43,110 nucleotides of DNA from Conidiobolus incongruus B7586 (GCA_000697335.1 JNEM01009081.1:1-43110); one strand, 5' to 3'. Shown: positions 14,089-27,929, counted from the stretch's first letter. Program-made: numbers and translations. The notes: generated by a model not told the origin, from the sequence alone.

Positions 14089-14635
14089 TGTAACGAGATT
14101 CGCTAAGGGTATTAATGCCAGCTCCAATGTTTCGCCATGATGGTCAGAGATATAAGTGACTATGTGATCTACAACTCTAGGGACCATGAGGACCAGTTGG
14201 GTTGCAATGGCCATCCGATTAGGTTCATTATATGGGATTAACTGTAAATTGGGCAGATTAGAACAAATGAGAGACATATTATAAAATTATGTAATAGTGA
14301 GTAAAAATAAATAAGAAAAGAAATTGTAGTGAATGGATTTTATTATTGAGATAAGCAAGTAGTATGGTATAACTAGTGATAAGTTGGTGGGTGATTTCAG
14401 TAACACCAAGGCAGAGATGTTACACTTGGAAGTGATAGATATGGAAGAGGATAATTGGTAGCAAAATTGTAATTTGGAATATGAACCAAAGATCAAGCTT
14501 CCATCATAGGAGCTACTGGTATATGTAAAGGTATTTTAAGAGTTTGCAAAGATGTAGCTGTGCAATGTGTGTCCTTGTGATGGTTCACGGGACTGGTTCC
14601 TTAATCTTGTTTATCCAAGGGAACAGGATGCGACA
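14089..14635. mobile_element. Solo LTR (547 bp) with perfect 5-bp target-site duplication
   Basis: TGTAAC...CGACA termini. GTTAT directly before (14084-14088) and after (14636-14640). GC elevated relative to flanks and no credible ORF. Confidence 0.85.
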
Positions 14636-15751
14636 GTTATCATTACAAAACAATAAAAATCATTTCGGAAAAATGAGTTATATAAGTTTAACTTATTAAA
14701 ATATTAATCATAATTTTATATTTTAATATTCTTTGATTAGATATAGTATATAGTAATAAATCATATCACACCACTGTATAAAACAATATTAATATATTTA
14801 AATAATCATTATTGTATAGGTAGTTTTTTATCGAACGGGTATTGTATTTTATGAAGGGAATTATACAAGATTAATGATTACATTATTACATTGAATATCC
14901 TTGTTTATATAATCAATGATATACTTTTATATATCATACTCTATGTGAAGATATCTATATTTTAAATATTTATAATAATATCAATGTTTCATTATTTAAA
15001 GCTTAAATAATTTAATAAATTACTTTTTTTTAATTTGAAATCAATATATTTTAAAATTATAACACATGTTAAAGATTCATGAAAATAAGAAATTTTCTAT
15101 ATCTTAGTTATAGTTATTTATCAAGTAATAATTGATTAATGATAATGGAAATATTGTAAAACTTTAACTTCATTATAATAATAATAATAATTTATCTTTT
15201 TAATATAGACTAAGGCTTAAAATTATATAATGCGAACTGATTAGCTTTGTTGATTAATAAAATAATTATATTAGAAATTTTAAGGTAAAAATTATTAATA
15301 AATAATATTGACTCTGATATCATTAAAAATTGATAATTTCTAACTTTAATGAAATACAATAACTATTCAAATCGAAAAAATATCTATATATATTTATTTA
15401 AACTGATTTTTTATTAAAAAGTGGAAAAAATCAGAAATTGATAATACTGGTCAATATAATCATTTAATTTTTAACTGAATAAAAAGGATAAATATAAAAA
15501 AATTAAAGATAAAAAATATCTTAAATAAATCTAATACAATTGTATTAAGATAAAAACAATAATAGTGTTATTTTAAAATTATATAACTAGCTCTATTATT
15601 TATTTTATTTATTTATATTAATTTGGAAATAAAGAGTGGGATATTTTTTAATTTATAATATTTCTAACAAGTTTAAATTTTGAAAAATAAATTATAAACA
15701 AAGTACATAGTAAATTAATATTGTTGATATTTATTTAATTATCTTTGTATT

Positions 15752-16159
15752 TGTAAGAGTAGCGGTAACAATGCCAATATAGTGCAAAGGAAGACTTAAT
15801 ATAAAAGTAGCGTGGCCTTCAACGTGGTACCAATAATGTGGCAGGATGATGTAAATGTAAACAAAGTTTAATTAGGCTTTGTAAACAAATAAGTCAACAT
15901 TAATATATTAAGATTTATATTAGGTAGTGCCAATATGTTATAATACTGATAAAATATAGTCTCAACCTTAGAAATAATAAGAAAGATAAGAAATAATAAG
16001 AATTGAGAGAAAAAAAAGAATCTAGTTTATTAAATAATTCAATATTATTTACATATTTAATTTTAGTCTTAAAAGTATTAATTAATTAATTAATTAATAG
16101 CTAAATAAATTATATAAAAATATATATATAAGAATTTTGAGAACCAGTCTTTCAACACA
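15752..16159 (+). mobile_element. Solo LTR-like repeat, family B copy 1
   Basis: TGTAAG...CAACACA termini. Colinear homologue at 34675-35490. Contains a (TTAA)n expansion near 16078-16097 that the other copy lacks. No clear TSD. Confidence 0.7.
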
Positions 16160-16899
16160 ATTAAATTTGAAATGAAAATACAAATAATAAGGATAAATAA
16201 ATCAAAATATATTAGAGTTTTTTAAATATTCAATAATATAAACACAAAATTCTGAGACTTTTAAAAGGTTGATTCAAAATAATAATATTTTTTATATTTT
16301 TGATGATAAATATAATGGATACTTTAATATTTAATAAAATGCATTATCCAATTTGCTATATTATTTGATGGCATTTATAATTGATTTAAATTCAAACAAA
16401 TATTTTTGCTGCTGTATACTGAATCTGTTTATATATATATTAATTGATATGAGTTAGAATTAATAAACTATTAAATAAATTTATTTTTCAAAGCATTTTA
16501 TATATTTAGAAAAGTTATGAATGAAATTATAAAACTTTATTAGATATTTCCTTTAGTGCAATCAATAATACCAAATATTAAAAGGAATTTGGCATAAAAT
16601 ATTACTATAATATTAAAATATCAGAAAATAATTTATTAATGGATATTTATGATGTATTTTCAAGTTATCTCTCTTATAACTTATATTAATTATTAGTTTC
16701 AATACTAATTAATTGAAAATTATTGAGCATTATCAATCGTTTTGAATGAAATAAATTATATTCAATATTGCGTTGTGTGAAATTATTGAGGCAATATTCG
16801 GAATCAATGAAAATATTTAATTGCTTCATTTCATATATATTAATAGAGTGTAAATCCAATATATCAGGATATGAAAACAAATCATCTTAAATTAATCTG

Positions 16900-18770
16900 T
16901 GCTTATCAAATAATAAAATTTCAATTGCTGAAAGTTGATTGATGTTGAATTTGAAATGCAGTATTTTTTATTTTTTTTACACGCCCAAACTACATATTAA
17001 TTCGAAATTCCTATCTTATCTGGAAATTGTTTAAAATTAATATGATCTTCTGAAAATTAAAAGTTTGATTCGAAGTGATCAGCTTGAGAGAATGATTCTA
17101 TTTTCACTTGGAATTCGCAAAGGAGCTGATTGGTTAATAATTCATCAACCTTAATCCACATAAGCTGTTGCTGGTAATATTGATCTGTTTGCTCAGCGTA
17201 TTATGGATATACTTTATAAAGTACACTGCATATAGCCTTTGTATGGGTTTGAGTTTGATTTGTCATTGTGCTAACCTGGGAATATGCCTCATTAGAAAGA
17301 ACTTCGTAAAATTTCAATGTAGGATACACAATTTTTCTTTTATAACTATAAATTAGCATTCCAACAGTTATAAGTTTCGCAAATAGGATTTCTCTATTTT
17401 GATAGTCATTACGGTACCACTGTTTATTTGGGAGCTAGCAATGATAATCAATCTCTCTTATTAGGATCAAAACTCGAGTAATGAAATTTGGGAACTATGC
17501 CAACAATTGATACAGAGTATTTGCAATGAGCACCACCGTCTATATTGAAATTTTTTAATATATTATTTCTTTACAGAAATAGATAAAATCGATATTCACT
17601 CTAAGCGTAAATGCCCTAACAAGTTGATATTTTTTGTTTTGTTCGAAGGCTGGACTGGAAGAAATTGGTTTACTAACCATTGGATAATGGAAGTGACAAA
17701 GTCTGAGTTCATATAGCTACCATAAACGTTTGCATATAAATCGTATATAACTCAATGCTAATGCTTGGAATACAAATAAATTAAGTTATCCCATATTGAA
17801 GGTTGAATTTAGTCTTGAGAAATTCGTTACATTGTGTGTTTGGATGATTAAGTTATTTTTTTGAATATATTGATTCTCGGTATAATCTCTTTGGAATTGC
17901 ACTCATTATCTATTTATAGAGGCTATATTAGTAATATTAGCTATTTTCAATTTATAACTTAACTCGTTTTGATTATGAAAATCATAAGTGAAAATATGTA
18001 TTTGTATAGGTTGAAGATTCGTATCACGATCTTGAACAACTGAATCAGTATTGGTATTTTGACCTAATACATTAACATCATTAATAAATAAATGTTATAT
18101 TGTCATGATATATTATCATTTAATCCATCCATATTAATTATAAACTTTGAATTATTAATTTTTCACTGACTAATTAAAACATTATTTCGCCTCATATAGG
18201 TTCAAGCTTTATTTATATTTTTATTATTAATATATCTTATTCCACTATTTAAATATCGTATACAATTTGTTAACAGTTGCGTTTCTTTTCTTCAATTTAC
18301 AGAAATTACATGGGACAAGGTAATAGACTTGAAAATCACCCAAAAAACCACAATTATTACACTAAATTGATGAGTCATATTAGAACTCACCCATTTCATA
18401 AAATTGTTGATTCCATCACTTTATGAGTGAGATTAGCTCCTATCCATAAAGTCAACAATAGCATCTAATATGAGATTAACATCAATAAATCAATAGTAAT
18501 TGTTTATTATGTTCATTCTATAAGTATCCTATCTTTAAGTTTTCTTGTAACACTTATTGAAAGCATTGAGTTGCGAAATACTTGGGATATTTACTTTATA
18601 TGAAGAACTCAATTTACAACAAGCTACATTCACCTTATTTGGTGAAACCTATTAATTTCCTCTAACTTTGTGGTGATTAATTGTTCACCACTAGCAATTC
18701 CTTGTTTGAGCTCTAAAAGTCTTTTTCCTCCCATATTCACAGTTGCCAATTACTGAGAAATATTGAATAT
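16900..18770 (-). pseudogene. Zn2Cys6 TF pseudogene, paralogue of 21508-23126, interrupted by a 407-bp insertion
   Basis: Minus-strand translations match the intact gene: CNFCKLKKR..LLTNCIRY vs CNRCNVHKKKCDKLLPRCTRC; IQPSIWDNLIYLYSKH*H*V vs FNPLFWDELIYLYFKHWHRL; SDFVTSIIQW vs SDFLTTMIQW; ILFAKLITVGMLIYSY vs VLLAKLITTAILIFNY; YP*YAEQ..NQLLCEF vs YPQHAEL..NKLLYEF. The start codon now reads ATA (18770) and an intron relic at 18116-18064 has its donor GT changed to AT. Confidence 0.88.
18322..18728 (-). repeat. 407-bp inverted copy of 19960-20366 (internal part of family A LTR)
   Basis: Reverse complement matches 19960-20366. I found one mismatch (18611 A vs 20077 C). Both LTR termini and a TSD are missing. 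Confidence 0.95.
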
Positions 18771-19930
18771 TTTAAATATTTCAAATTGACTGAAAAATCA
18801 AAATAGAAAACAATGAGAATAAATATTATATTTCTCGATTAAATATTAAAATATAGTTATTGAAAATATCATATTATGATTGCTAATTGTTATTTTAAAA
18901 AATATTGATTTTCAAAACCTAATTGGAAAGGTATTTGCTTAATTGTTTTGGATAAATAAGTTCTAAAAATGAAATAATGTATGATATAGAGTGAAGACTA
19001 ATACCTCCAGGTCATGTACAATTAAAAATCATATATTCCATAGGTCTGAAAAGTTAATTCTTTTGATATTTTGATTGACAATTTTGAGATCGAAGTTTAA
19101 TTTGAACAAATGGCATTCAAGATGGATTTTTTAGGGAAATATAAATTTGGAATGAGGTTAAATATTACCAAAATAATACATAATATGAAATTAGAGATTT
19201 ATATATTATTAAAATCATTAAACGATTATTTCAATCTAAAGTCAAAGTATATAATGTTAAATATAAAGTTACTCTGAATTTGATCTATTACTTGAATATT
19301 AAGATTTTAAAATGAATTGGAATCGGAAAAACACATTTCAATTCCCTGAATTGTAAATCAAACTTGTATATACACAACATTTTACCAAATTGGAATTCTA
19401 AAGCAAAATCCTTGAATTTGAAAAGAAAAATCGAAGTGAAAAAATTAATAGTATAATATTTTGATCGATTATGGTAATAGATAACCACATGACAGAAATT
19501 TTTATAAATTTTTAAATATGAAAACGGTGATAAATGATTGGATAATACGATATTATTTGAGTGAATTTTGTTAAAGATTGGTAAGCAATAATACAATTTG
19601 TTTTAAAGAAATTTAGGCAAAATATATTATATAAAAATTTTCATTTTAATATATTATAATATATGATTCATCGAACTCAAGATTTTATTTACAATATTGA
19701 AATTTATTTTACAACGAGGATGAAATATCAAATTCAAAGTATATGAAAAATATATTAATGAGTAAATATATTATATGATTTTAGAGTATTACTTATAACT
19801 AAACCGAAATAAACTATATTATATTTACCTTCATCATATTAACTTCTCAAGTGATTTTTAGCTAAATCAATTTAAAATATCTTTAAGGTCATAATAATGA
19901 ATAATTTTGTTAATCCAGATATTTTTCTCA

Positions 19931-20374
19931 TGTCGTACGTGACAGTTATAAACGTGAGTGGAAAAAGACTTTTAGAGCTCAAACAAGGAATTGCTAGTGG
20001 TGAACAATTAATCACCACAAAGTTAGAGGAAATTAATAGGTTTCACCAAATAAGGTGAATGTAGCTTGTTGTAAATCGAGTTCTTCATATAAAGTAAATA
20101 TCCCAAGTATTTCGCAACTCAATGCTTTCAATAAGTGTTACAAGAAAACTTAAAGATAGGATACTTATAGAATGAACATAATAAACAATTACTATTGATT
20201 TATTGATGTTAATCTCATATTAGATGCTATTGTTGACTTTATGGATAGGAGCTAATCTCACTCATAAAGTGATGGAATCAACAATTTTATGAAATGGGTG
20301 AGTTCTAATATGACTCATCAATTTAGTGTAATAATTGTGGTTTTTTGGGTGATTTTCAAGTCTATTCCCCATCA
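19931..20374 (+). mobile_element. Solo LTR-like element, family A (444 bp)
   Basis: TGTCG...CCCCATCA termini. The diverged homologue at 34740-35174 shares both ends (TATCA...CTCCATCA), which defines the boundaries. No TSD seen. Strand is given only relative to the other copies. Confidence 0.7.
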
Positions 20375-21507
20375 ATAAAATGAAATACAAGAAAATTATA
20401 ATGATAGAATAATTATACTAAAAAAATTGTGAAATCGATTTCATTTCTTTATGAATTGTTCATTTTTAAATTTTGTTCAATTTTATAAAATTCGATTAAT
20501 AAAATGCAATTATTACAGAACTGTGTAATCAAATGATTAAGTTATATTATAATATATATGAATAAAATTATTTTTGAATTTAAGGGCTATCTGAAATGAA
20601 TCCAAACTCGATATTAAAAATCATATCAAATCTGAGAATTTATTGATAAGAAACGTTGTAACAATATTGGTTTGACAAATAAGAAAATGGTCATACTTGA
20701 TTCCAAATATAAGTTGAAAAGCTCTAATATATTTTCACTGAATTAATATTAATATTAATACAACTATACTAATCATTAAAAAATATTTTATTTATGAAAT
20801 ATAGCCGTTAGAATTGAAGTCATATTAATAGAAAATTAAGTGTAAGAAAAACTGGATTAAGGATTCATTGAGCAACAAAACATCCTCAAAGCACCAGATT
20901 TTCATTAAGAGGACTAAAGACTAATGTAAAATACTTTTAAGATATAATTATGATTACCAGCTTGAGTTAAAATGTTTATATATTATTCATCAGGCGGTTA
21001 GGAATTATTTTAAGGAATCACGTCAAAGGTGGATTGCTTATCCACTCTATCAAGTTATATATAAAATGGTTAAAATCAAAATTGAGCAAAGTCTAAAATT
21101 CCTACTAGCTATTAATTATCATAATAATTATCCATCCAATCACATTATTCAATAATACATAGGATTAGTATATAATTGGATATAACATATTATTTAATTG
21201 GCAAAGATTTTTACTAGAACGTTATAAATAATGACCTCCATCATGTTATTTAATAAACTACTGATCAATAAAATATCAGTTTTAGTATGATCCTAATCTA
21301 ATTTAATATAAAAATTACCAAATATAATTCTAATAATCACAAAAACCCATATTCCTATTTCAATTAGAATTACTTGAAAAACTGCTTAACTTTTTAAATT
21401 TAACAAAAAAACTATAAGGAGTTTTTATATATTGAATAATATATAATCAATCACTCTTAAAAAATAACTTGATTTTATCTAATAATTGAGAATTTTCTGA
21501 TTATTAA

Positions 21508-23126
21508 ATGACTAATATTCTTGCAGTAACAAATAAGCTCAAGGCACCAAGGATTCGATGTAATCGGTGCAATGTACACAAAAAGAAATGTGATAAACTT
21601 TTACCTCGTTGCACTCGATGTCAAGAAGCTAATGCTAATTGCGTATATCCCAGTTTCCAAATTAAATATTCTAATTTTATGAAACAAGATTACAAATTAA
21701 CTCAAGTATTCGTATTAAATAATTTCAGCTTTGACTCCCCTCAGCCTGAAAAATTTCAAGGTAATATATTACCATGTTATATGAAATTTGTTTCTCATAA
21801 TATATAGATCATTTAAATAGCTATAGTCAAAATAGGAATAATATTGAATTAAATCACAAAACAATACAAATAGAAATAATATCTTATGGATATCATCCAA
21901 CCGATGACTATAAAATTGGATATCAAACTAAAATTGTGAATATAGCCAATAGAGCTCAATATATCCAAGCAATGAATTTAATTCAACAGAATTTGAGCCA
22001 AGCTTCGGTATATAAAGAATATACATCGAATGCGATTACAAGTACTCAATCCGATACCTTTCTTAATACAATATTCAACCCTTTGTTCTGGGATGAATTA
22101 ATCTATTTGTATTTCAAGCATTGGCATCGACTTGTACACGTGCTCAGCCCCAAGATTTATGCTGAATATACGAAATCCGACTTCCTTACTACCATGATCC
22201 AATGGGCAGGATACCAGTTTCGTTCTGCTCAACCTGCGAATGTTACTAAATATATCAATTCGCTCGGATATTTCAAACTAAAGCAACACTTGTTTAAGCC
22301 AAGTCTCAATAACCTCTGCGGTTTAATTATAGGATTTTATGTGATTAAGGGATTGGGAACAGCCAAAGAACGCATTGCATTATCGAGTCATATAACCAGA
22401 ATGGCCCTTATGCTAGGAGTTCATATTGACGATATCCATTTCTCTGAACCTTCCAGATATCAGAGATTTTTAAGCTGGAATGCTCTTGTTCACTGCAATA
22501 CTTTTTATCAAATGACAGCTAAGATGCCAAATTGGCTTCCTGAAGATTGGCTTCCAATTAAAACACTTGATTATAAATGGCAACTCCCAAATGAGAAGTG
22601 TTATTACAATGACTATGTCAATGGGTCCGACGTCCTTCTTGCTAAACTCATCACTACCGCAATCTTGATATTTAACTATGGTTTCACATTGGTACTGCAT
22701 CCTGCAATGAATTCTTATAATGTTCCATACGATGTGACATATCCTCGAGTCAATGCAATACTCCAGCAACTCCTGTCTCATACCCAAACCATATTTAACT
22801 CATTCTTCCAGCACTATCCTCAGCATGCTGAGTTAATCCAAAGTCATCATCAAGAAAATATACACAGGCTTAAATTTGCTGAAGTATCGATCAATAAGCT
22901 GCTATATGAATTTAGCGAGCCTACATACAATGATCATTCATCCCATCTAAGCAACTCCAGCGATCTATTGTCAGATGATGCCCGCTTCACCTTGAGCAGT
23001 GCTGAACCTGGTGTAGTAGGTATTTCAAGTACTTATATCAGCTCGGAAGATGACAAAGTAAGTAACTTAACAAGCACATATTCTGACTCAACCCCTCTTC
23101 TTTCATCCTTTTCAGCATTAAATTAA
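21508..23126 (+). CDS. Zn(II)2Cys6 transcription factor, 2 exons (21508-21760, 21808-23126), ~523 aa
   Basis: CNRCNVHKKKCDKLLPRCTRCQEANANCVY cluster. Splicing 21761-21807 gives an uninterrupted frame (..EKFQ-DHLNSYSQNR..TKIVNIANRA..) into ORF 21936-23126 with middle-region-like motifs (LIYLYFKHWH, RMALMLGVH) and a Ser/acidic C-terminal tail. Confidence 0.9.
21761..21807 (+). other. Spliceosomal intron, 47 bp, phase 1
   Basis: CAAG|GTAATA...ATATAG|ATC. The AG acceptors at 21820 and 21826 would break the frame. Confidence 0.82.
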
Positions 23127-23853
23127 TCAACTATTCAAAACTTGAATTAATTTATATTCTAAATTATTTATTATTCAACAAACCATTGTTATTTTTATCA
23201 GATTTTTCACATATAAATAGGACTAATGTATTCATATATAATAATTTTTAAATTCCAAAATAAATAATGAACAAAATTTTAATATATAATAGATTAATTA
23301 AAGAAATAACAAAAAATTTCGTACTTGATTATATCAATAATCTTTTATTTTAATATGATTATTTAATATATTATTGAACTATTACAAATTCGGTTACCAT
23401 TCAAACTTTTTAATATAAATTTTAGTCCAAAATTTAAAAATAATTAATATAAAATTTGGAATAATGTATTTGCATCATATTTGAATTATAAATTTTACAT
23501 AACTATTAATAATTTTTATATAACATATTAATCCTTTCACTTAGTTTCACGTAGTATTCAAATTACAATATTATAAAGTTCAAGTCATTTGAATTTAATT
23601 TGTATATTAGTAAATTTAATTGAAATTTCAATTAAACAATTAAAAAATATTATTCATTTAATTAGTAATATTTAATGCATATTAAGCGATACTAAATTCA
23701 ATATTCAAAATTATTCATTAACATATTAAATGATATTTGGTTTTATTGATAATATTAATAAAATTATTTAAAATTTGATTTTAAAATCGTTAAATTTTTA
23801 ATCTATATTTGGAATAATAATTTTAATATAACTGTTATTTAGTATTGAATATC

Positions 23854-23856
<3 letters not shown>

Positions 23857-23886
<30 letters not shown>
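23857..23886. repeat. (TA)15 microsatellite
   Basis: Perfect TA run read directly. Confidence 0.9.
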
Positions 23887-23890
<4 letters not shown>

Positions 23891-26800
23891 TCACTGTATC
23901 TTCAAGTTTATTGGTTGAAAGATCTATTGTTTTAATAATATTCATATTATTCTTTTATTAATCGGAACTAATTATATATTAACAATTTTTAATTTATTAT
24001 TAAACAAAGCATATGTTTTTGATTTGTATGATATATTAACAAAATTAGTTATTTTATACTTATATGCTTATATCTTAAATATATTATCAATACAACTATT
24101 AAAAAAGTTTAATTTGATTATATTGGAAACATTTTATACCATAGTTTATTTTTTCCATATGAATATATTTGTGAATTTATGATTCACAATATCACATCTC
24201 CACCCGAATAGTCCATACATATTTACCTTTTATACCAGTTTACCCATATATACCTCTTATCCTATTTTCCCTTAAATCTATCTATTCTTATCCCAAAATA
24301 CAAAGAGGGATCACTACTTTCTCTACTCAAAGGAAGTTAACTCCAAGTCTTTATAAAGAGCTTCAAATAAAACTTTATATAAATATACCTTAATATTATA
24401 ACTTTTTATCACTCCAACTCCATTCAATATAATTATCCTAGTTTCTTGCATTAGAATAATACATAATAATAACATAAAATATATAAATTTGAATTTAGAA
24501 TGATATATATAATGAAGTAAAAAGAAATTAAAAAAATATAATGAAAGCTTAAATATTTTATTTATATAAATTAAATATTATATCAAAAAGTTATTTAAAT
24601 AATTTTATATTTTAGTTACCTAAATGGAAATTAACTTCAGTATCTTTGCCTCACCATCTATTTCCTTAAAATGATGTTATTCCAAAGGGCATATTTTCTA
24701 TTCTAAACTATTATTCCTTAAAAAATCTATTTTATTTTTAAACAACATATTTAGCATATAATTGAGTTATAAAAAATTGATGTTTTATATTAACTAATGA
24801 AGGTCAGTGACTTTTTTGTAAAATAATGATTTATATTTTATTCTCCCAATAAAGCCTTCAAGGTAATATTATTATATATTAACAATAGCTTACCAGTCTG
24901 GGTTATTTTTTTAATGCTTTTTTTAACCATTACTATAATGATATACTAAAATATATAATTTGAGTATTAAAAATTTTAAATTAAATTTTCAAAAATTTTT
25001 AATTTTTTCAAATATTTGATAATTTATAAAAATTTAATATTTTGACTTAAGAGAAAATTTAAATATTTCTTAAATTAATATAAATTTCATTTTTTTATTG
25101 ATTTATTTTACTAATTTTATATTAGTTATTAATATAATTTCTAATATTTCATATTATATCAAATTAACAAATTATGTTAAATTATATAGATATTAAAAAA
25201 ATATATCTTCAAGAAATAATATAATGACAACTTTATATAAAAGTTAACATCAATATATAATCCCAGAAATAAATTAAAAAATATAACTCTAATATTATAT
25301 ATTGGATAGCTGAAATTATGCTGAGAATTTTGCTATAAATTAAAGGGAAAATATAATCTTATTGAAATATATAATAGTATAAGTAAGCAAGTTTTCAAAA
25401 GATATATAATATTTTAATATATTATTTATTAAATAAAAATGGTTTTGAAAAGGCAATTCTATATTTGTAATTTCTATTAAAATATTCAATGGTTTTTAAA
25501 GTTATGCTTTTAAAAGATTACCTTTTAAAATTCTTATATATAATTATATATTATAAATTTAACTTAAAATTAATCAAAAAATTTATATTTTTAAAATTGA
25601 TTTAATTCTCTTAATAGTATTAATTTTATTCAATATGATTCTTTTATTTTCCTTTTGATTATTTATTTTTCTGCTTTTTATAATCATTCTTAAAATTAAA
25701 ATTATATCTATCAATATTATATTAATATTATTTAATATAAAATAAAATATATATATATATTGATTTATTGTTTATAAAACTTATATAAACTTGGTTTACT
25801 GATATATTAACTGGGCATATGGACAATATATTCAGCCATTCTTTGCACTATATTGGTTTTATCATAACTTTGCTTATATTTACAATTATTTGTCACAAAA
25901 TTTTGAAATAATCAATTTAAAATAAGTATAATAATAACAGAAATTTATTGCTTATTTAATTTAATTATTGTTTTTTGATAGTATTTTAAATATTATAAAG
26001 TCCATTATATAAAAATATGATACTTCAGTTTATAATATTATAAGATATGATTATTATAAAATATAAACCTTTAATATAATTAATAAATCACAATGTATTT
26101 TGAAATTTTTTGATCAATTTCGGAACACTAAGAAAATTACTAAATTTATATTTTGGTTTCCCTTATTATACTTTTTAAATCCTTAATATTGTTAAATGAT
26201 TAGTATATTTTATTAATTTTTTAAATATGACTCATCCTTTATAAATTTCATTTGTATTTATTTTGATACTACTGAATAAAACAAAATATAGAGAGATTAT
26301 AATAATATTCATATCAAAAATTTGAATTTTATATATTACTATTTTGATTGTGTATATATAATAAAAGCAATAATAAAAAAATATATTATCATTGTATATT
26401 TTAAAATAATTATAAATAAACTTATATTGGATTGTGTTCTTTAATATTTATCAATTTATTCAAAGCTATATTATTCCAATATTATCTTTTTGCATATCAC
26501 AGTATATACTGAGATTATATTGATATATAGCTATATCCAGCTTTGTATTGACTATCCATAAATTATATTATATTTGTTATTAATGATATTATTGTTGAAA
26601 TTAATCCAACAAACAAGTACTAGGTAAAATTACAATAATTTATTGGAGTTGGGTAGATGATATTAATTAGAATAAAAAATATATTTAACTATTATAAGCT
26701 GTGATAGTATTATATTGATATAATTAAGTTTTTGAATATTTAAAATTCACACATTTCTTGGAATATAAAATATTGAGATAAATTTTAAATTTACAAAATT

Positions 26801-27929
26801 AAGAGAAATATAAAAAGAGTGAATAGCACAAAGTATGTTAGTTAACTTATGATTACTATAAGCTTATATAATATTAGTATTATTATGTTTTATAAAAGGT
26901 GAATATCGAAAAATATGAATTTTCAAATTTTATTGACTATAATTCACAATATTAACAAAGTCCTTTATTATATTCTATTCAACTGTAATAATTATTAAAT
27001 CGATATATGGAGCTTATTATTACTTGGTTGCTTTCATATGATAGATAACCATATTTGTGTAATATGTACAATAATATTGAGCTTTAAATATACTCAAAAA
27101 AGGCTTTAATATAAAGAATTGCATTAAAAATTTATCGAGAATATCTAGTATTAAAATTATCTTGAGTAATATTTTATATTTTGATTTTATTTGTTAATAT
27201 ATATCTTTTGAATTGTCATATATAAAAATTTTATAATTAGGTCATAAATTCATCAAAGGTGAAAATGAATATTATATAAAAAAAATTTGTAATAAACTAA
27301 TTTGATGAAATATTAAAATTAATCAATTAGTTATTAGTTTTAAAGCAATGTGGTGCTTTGATTAAAAGAGCCAATTTTATCAAATAAAGGTTGAATATTT
27401 GCCAACATTCGATTAATTTCTAAAATTACAGTATTTAATAATTAAATATTCCAATACAATGACTGCTTATTATAAATTAATTACATTAAGTAATGTTGAT
27501 GAAAATTCAACATTATTTAGTTAACTTTAATAAATTAGGTAATTTTATTGTTTTTAAAATGAGCTAATGGGATTTCAGTAAAAGTAATACAGCAATGGTT
27601 TGAATTATGTCTATATCTAAACCAATTTCAATGTTATTAATTTAAGTACAAGAGATAAATATTTAAGTTTCGAGCAAAAAATCCCAAAAATCATTTTCAA
27701 AATTTGGAGGAATGATTTTTTGAATATTATATACATAAGCGAATATACTACAAACCAATTATTCTTATTACAGGAATTCTCTTGATGTAAGTTATTCCGC
27801 TAGAAATATTTAGATTTAAGTCAATATACCATTTAAAATGAGCTGACAAATCTCATCCAAGGTAATCCTTATATGATATCCAATAGGCCTTGGCTCTCTA
27901 ATTAATAAATATTAAGTGAATATTTAAGT

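Noticed and set aside
14077..14496. Two small minus-strand ORFs (66 and 69 aa)
   Set aside because: They lie within the solo LTR and show no gag/pol similarity.
19288..19596. 102-aa ORF in the inverted-repeat spacer as a cargo gene or recombinase
   Set aside because: TTG start, F/I/K/Y-rich composition typical of random AT-rich ORFs, and no catalytic motif.
19931..19949. Imperfect palindrome TGTCGTACGTGACA followed by GTTAT, echoing GACAGTTAT at 14632-14640
   Set aside because: A 9-bp match with no wider homology; treated as coincidence.
18322..20366. Whole unit as a Mutator/foldback-type TIR transposon
   Set aside because: No TSD and no transposase in the spacer. The spacer contains the host pseudogene's own 5' end, and the right arm is part of a longer TG...CA element with an independent homologue at 34740-35174.
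24190..24474. C-rich strand-skewed island as another solo LTR
   Set aside because: Termini only loosely fit TG...CA, no TSD and no second copy in the window.
24620..24890. Possible further TF fragment (TTCAAGGTAATAT resembles the 21761 splice donor)
   Set aside because: No cysteine cluster or extended colinear similarity; the match is explainable by chance in AT-rich DNA.
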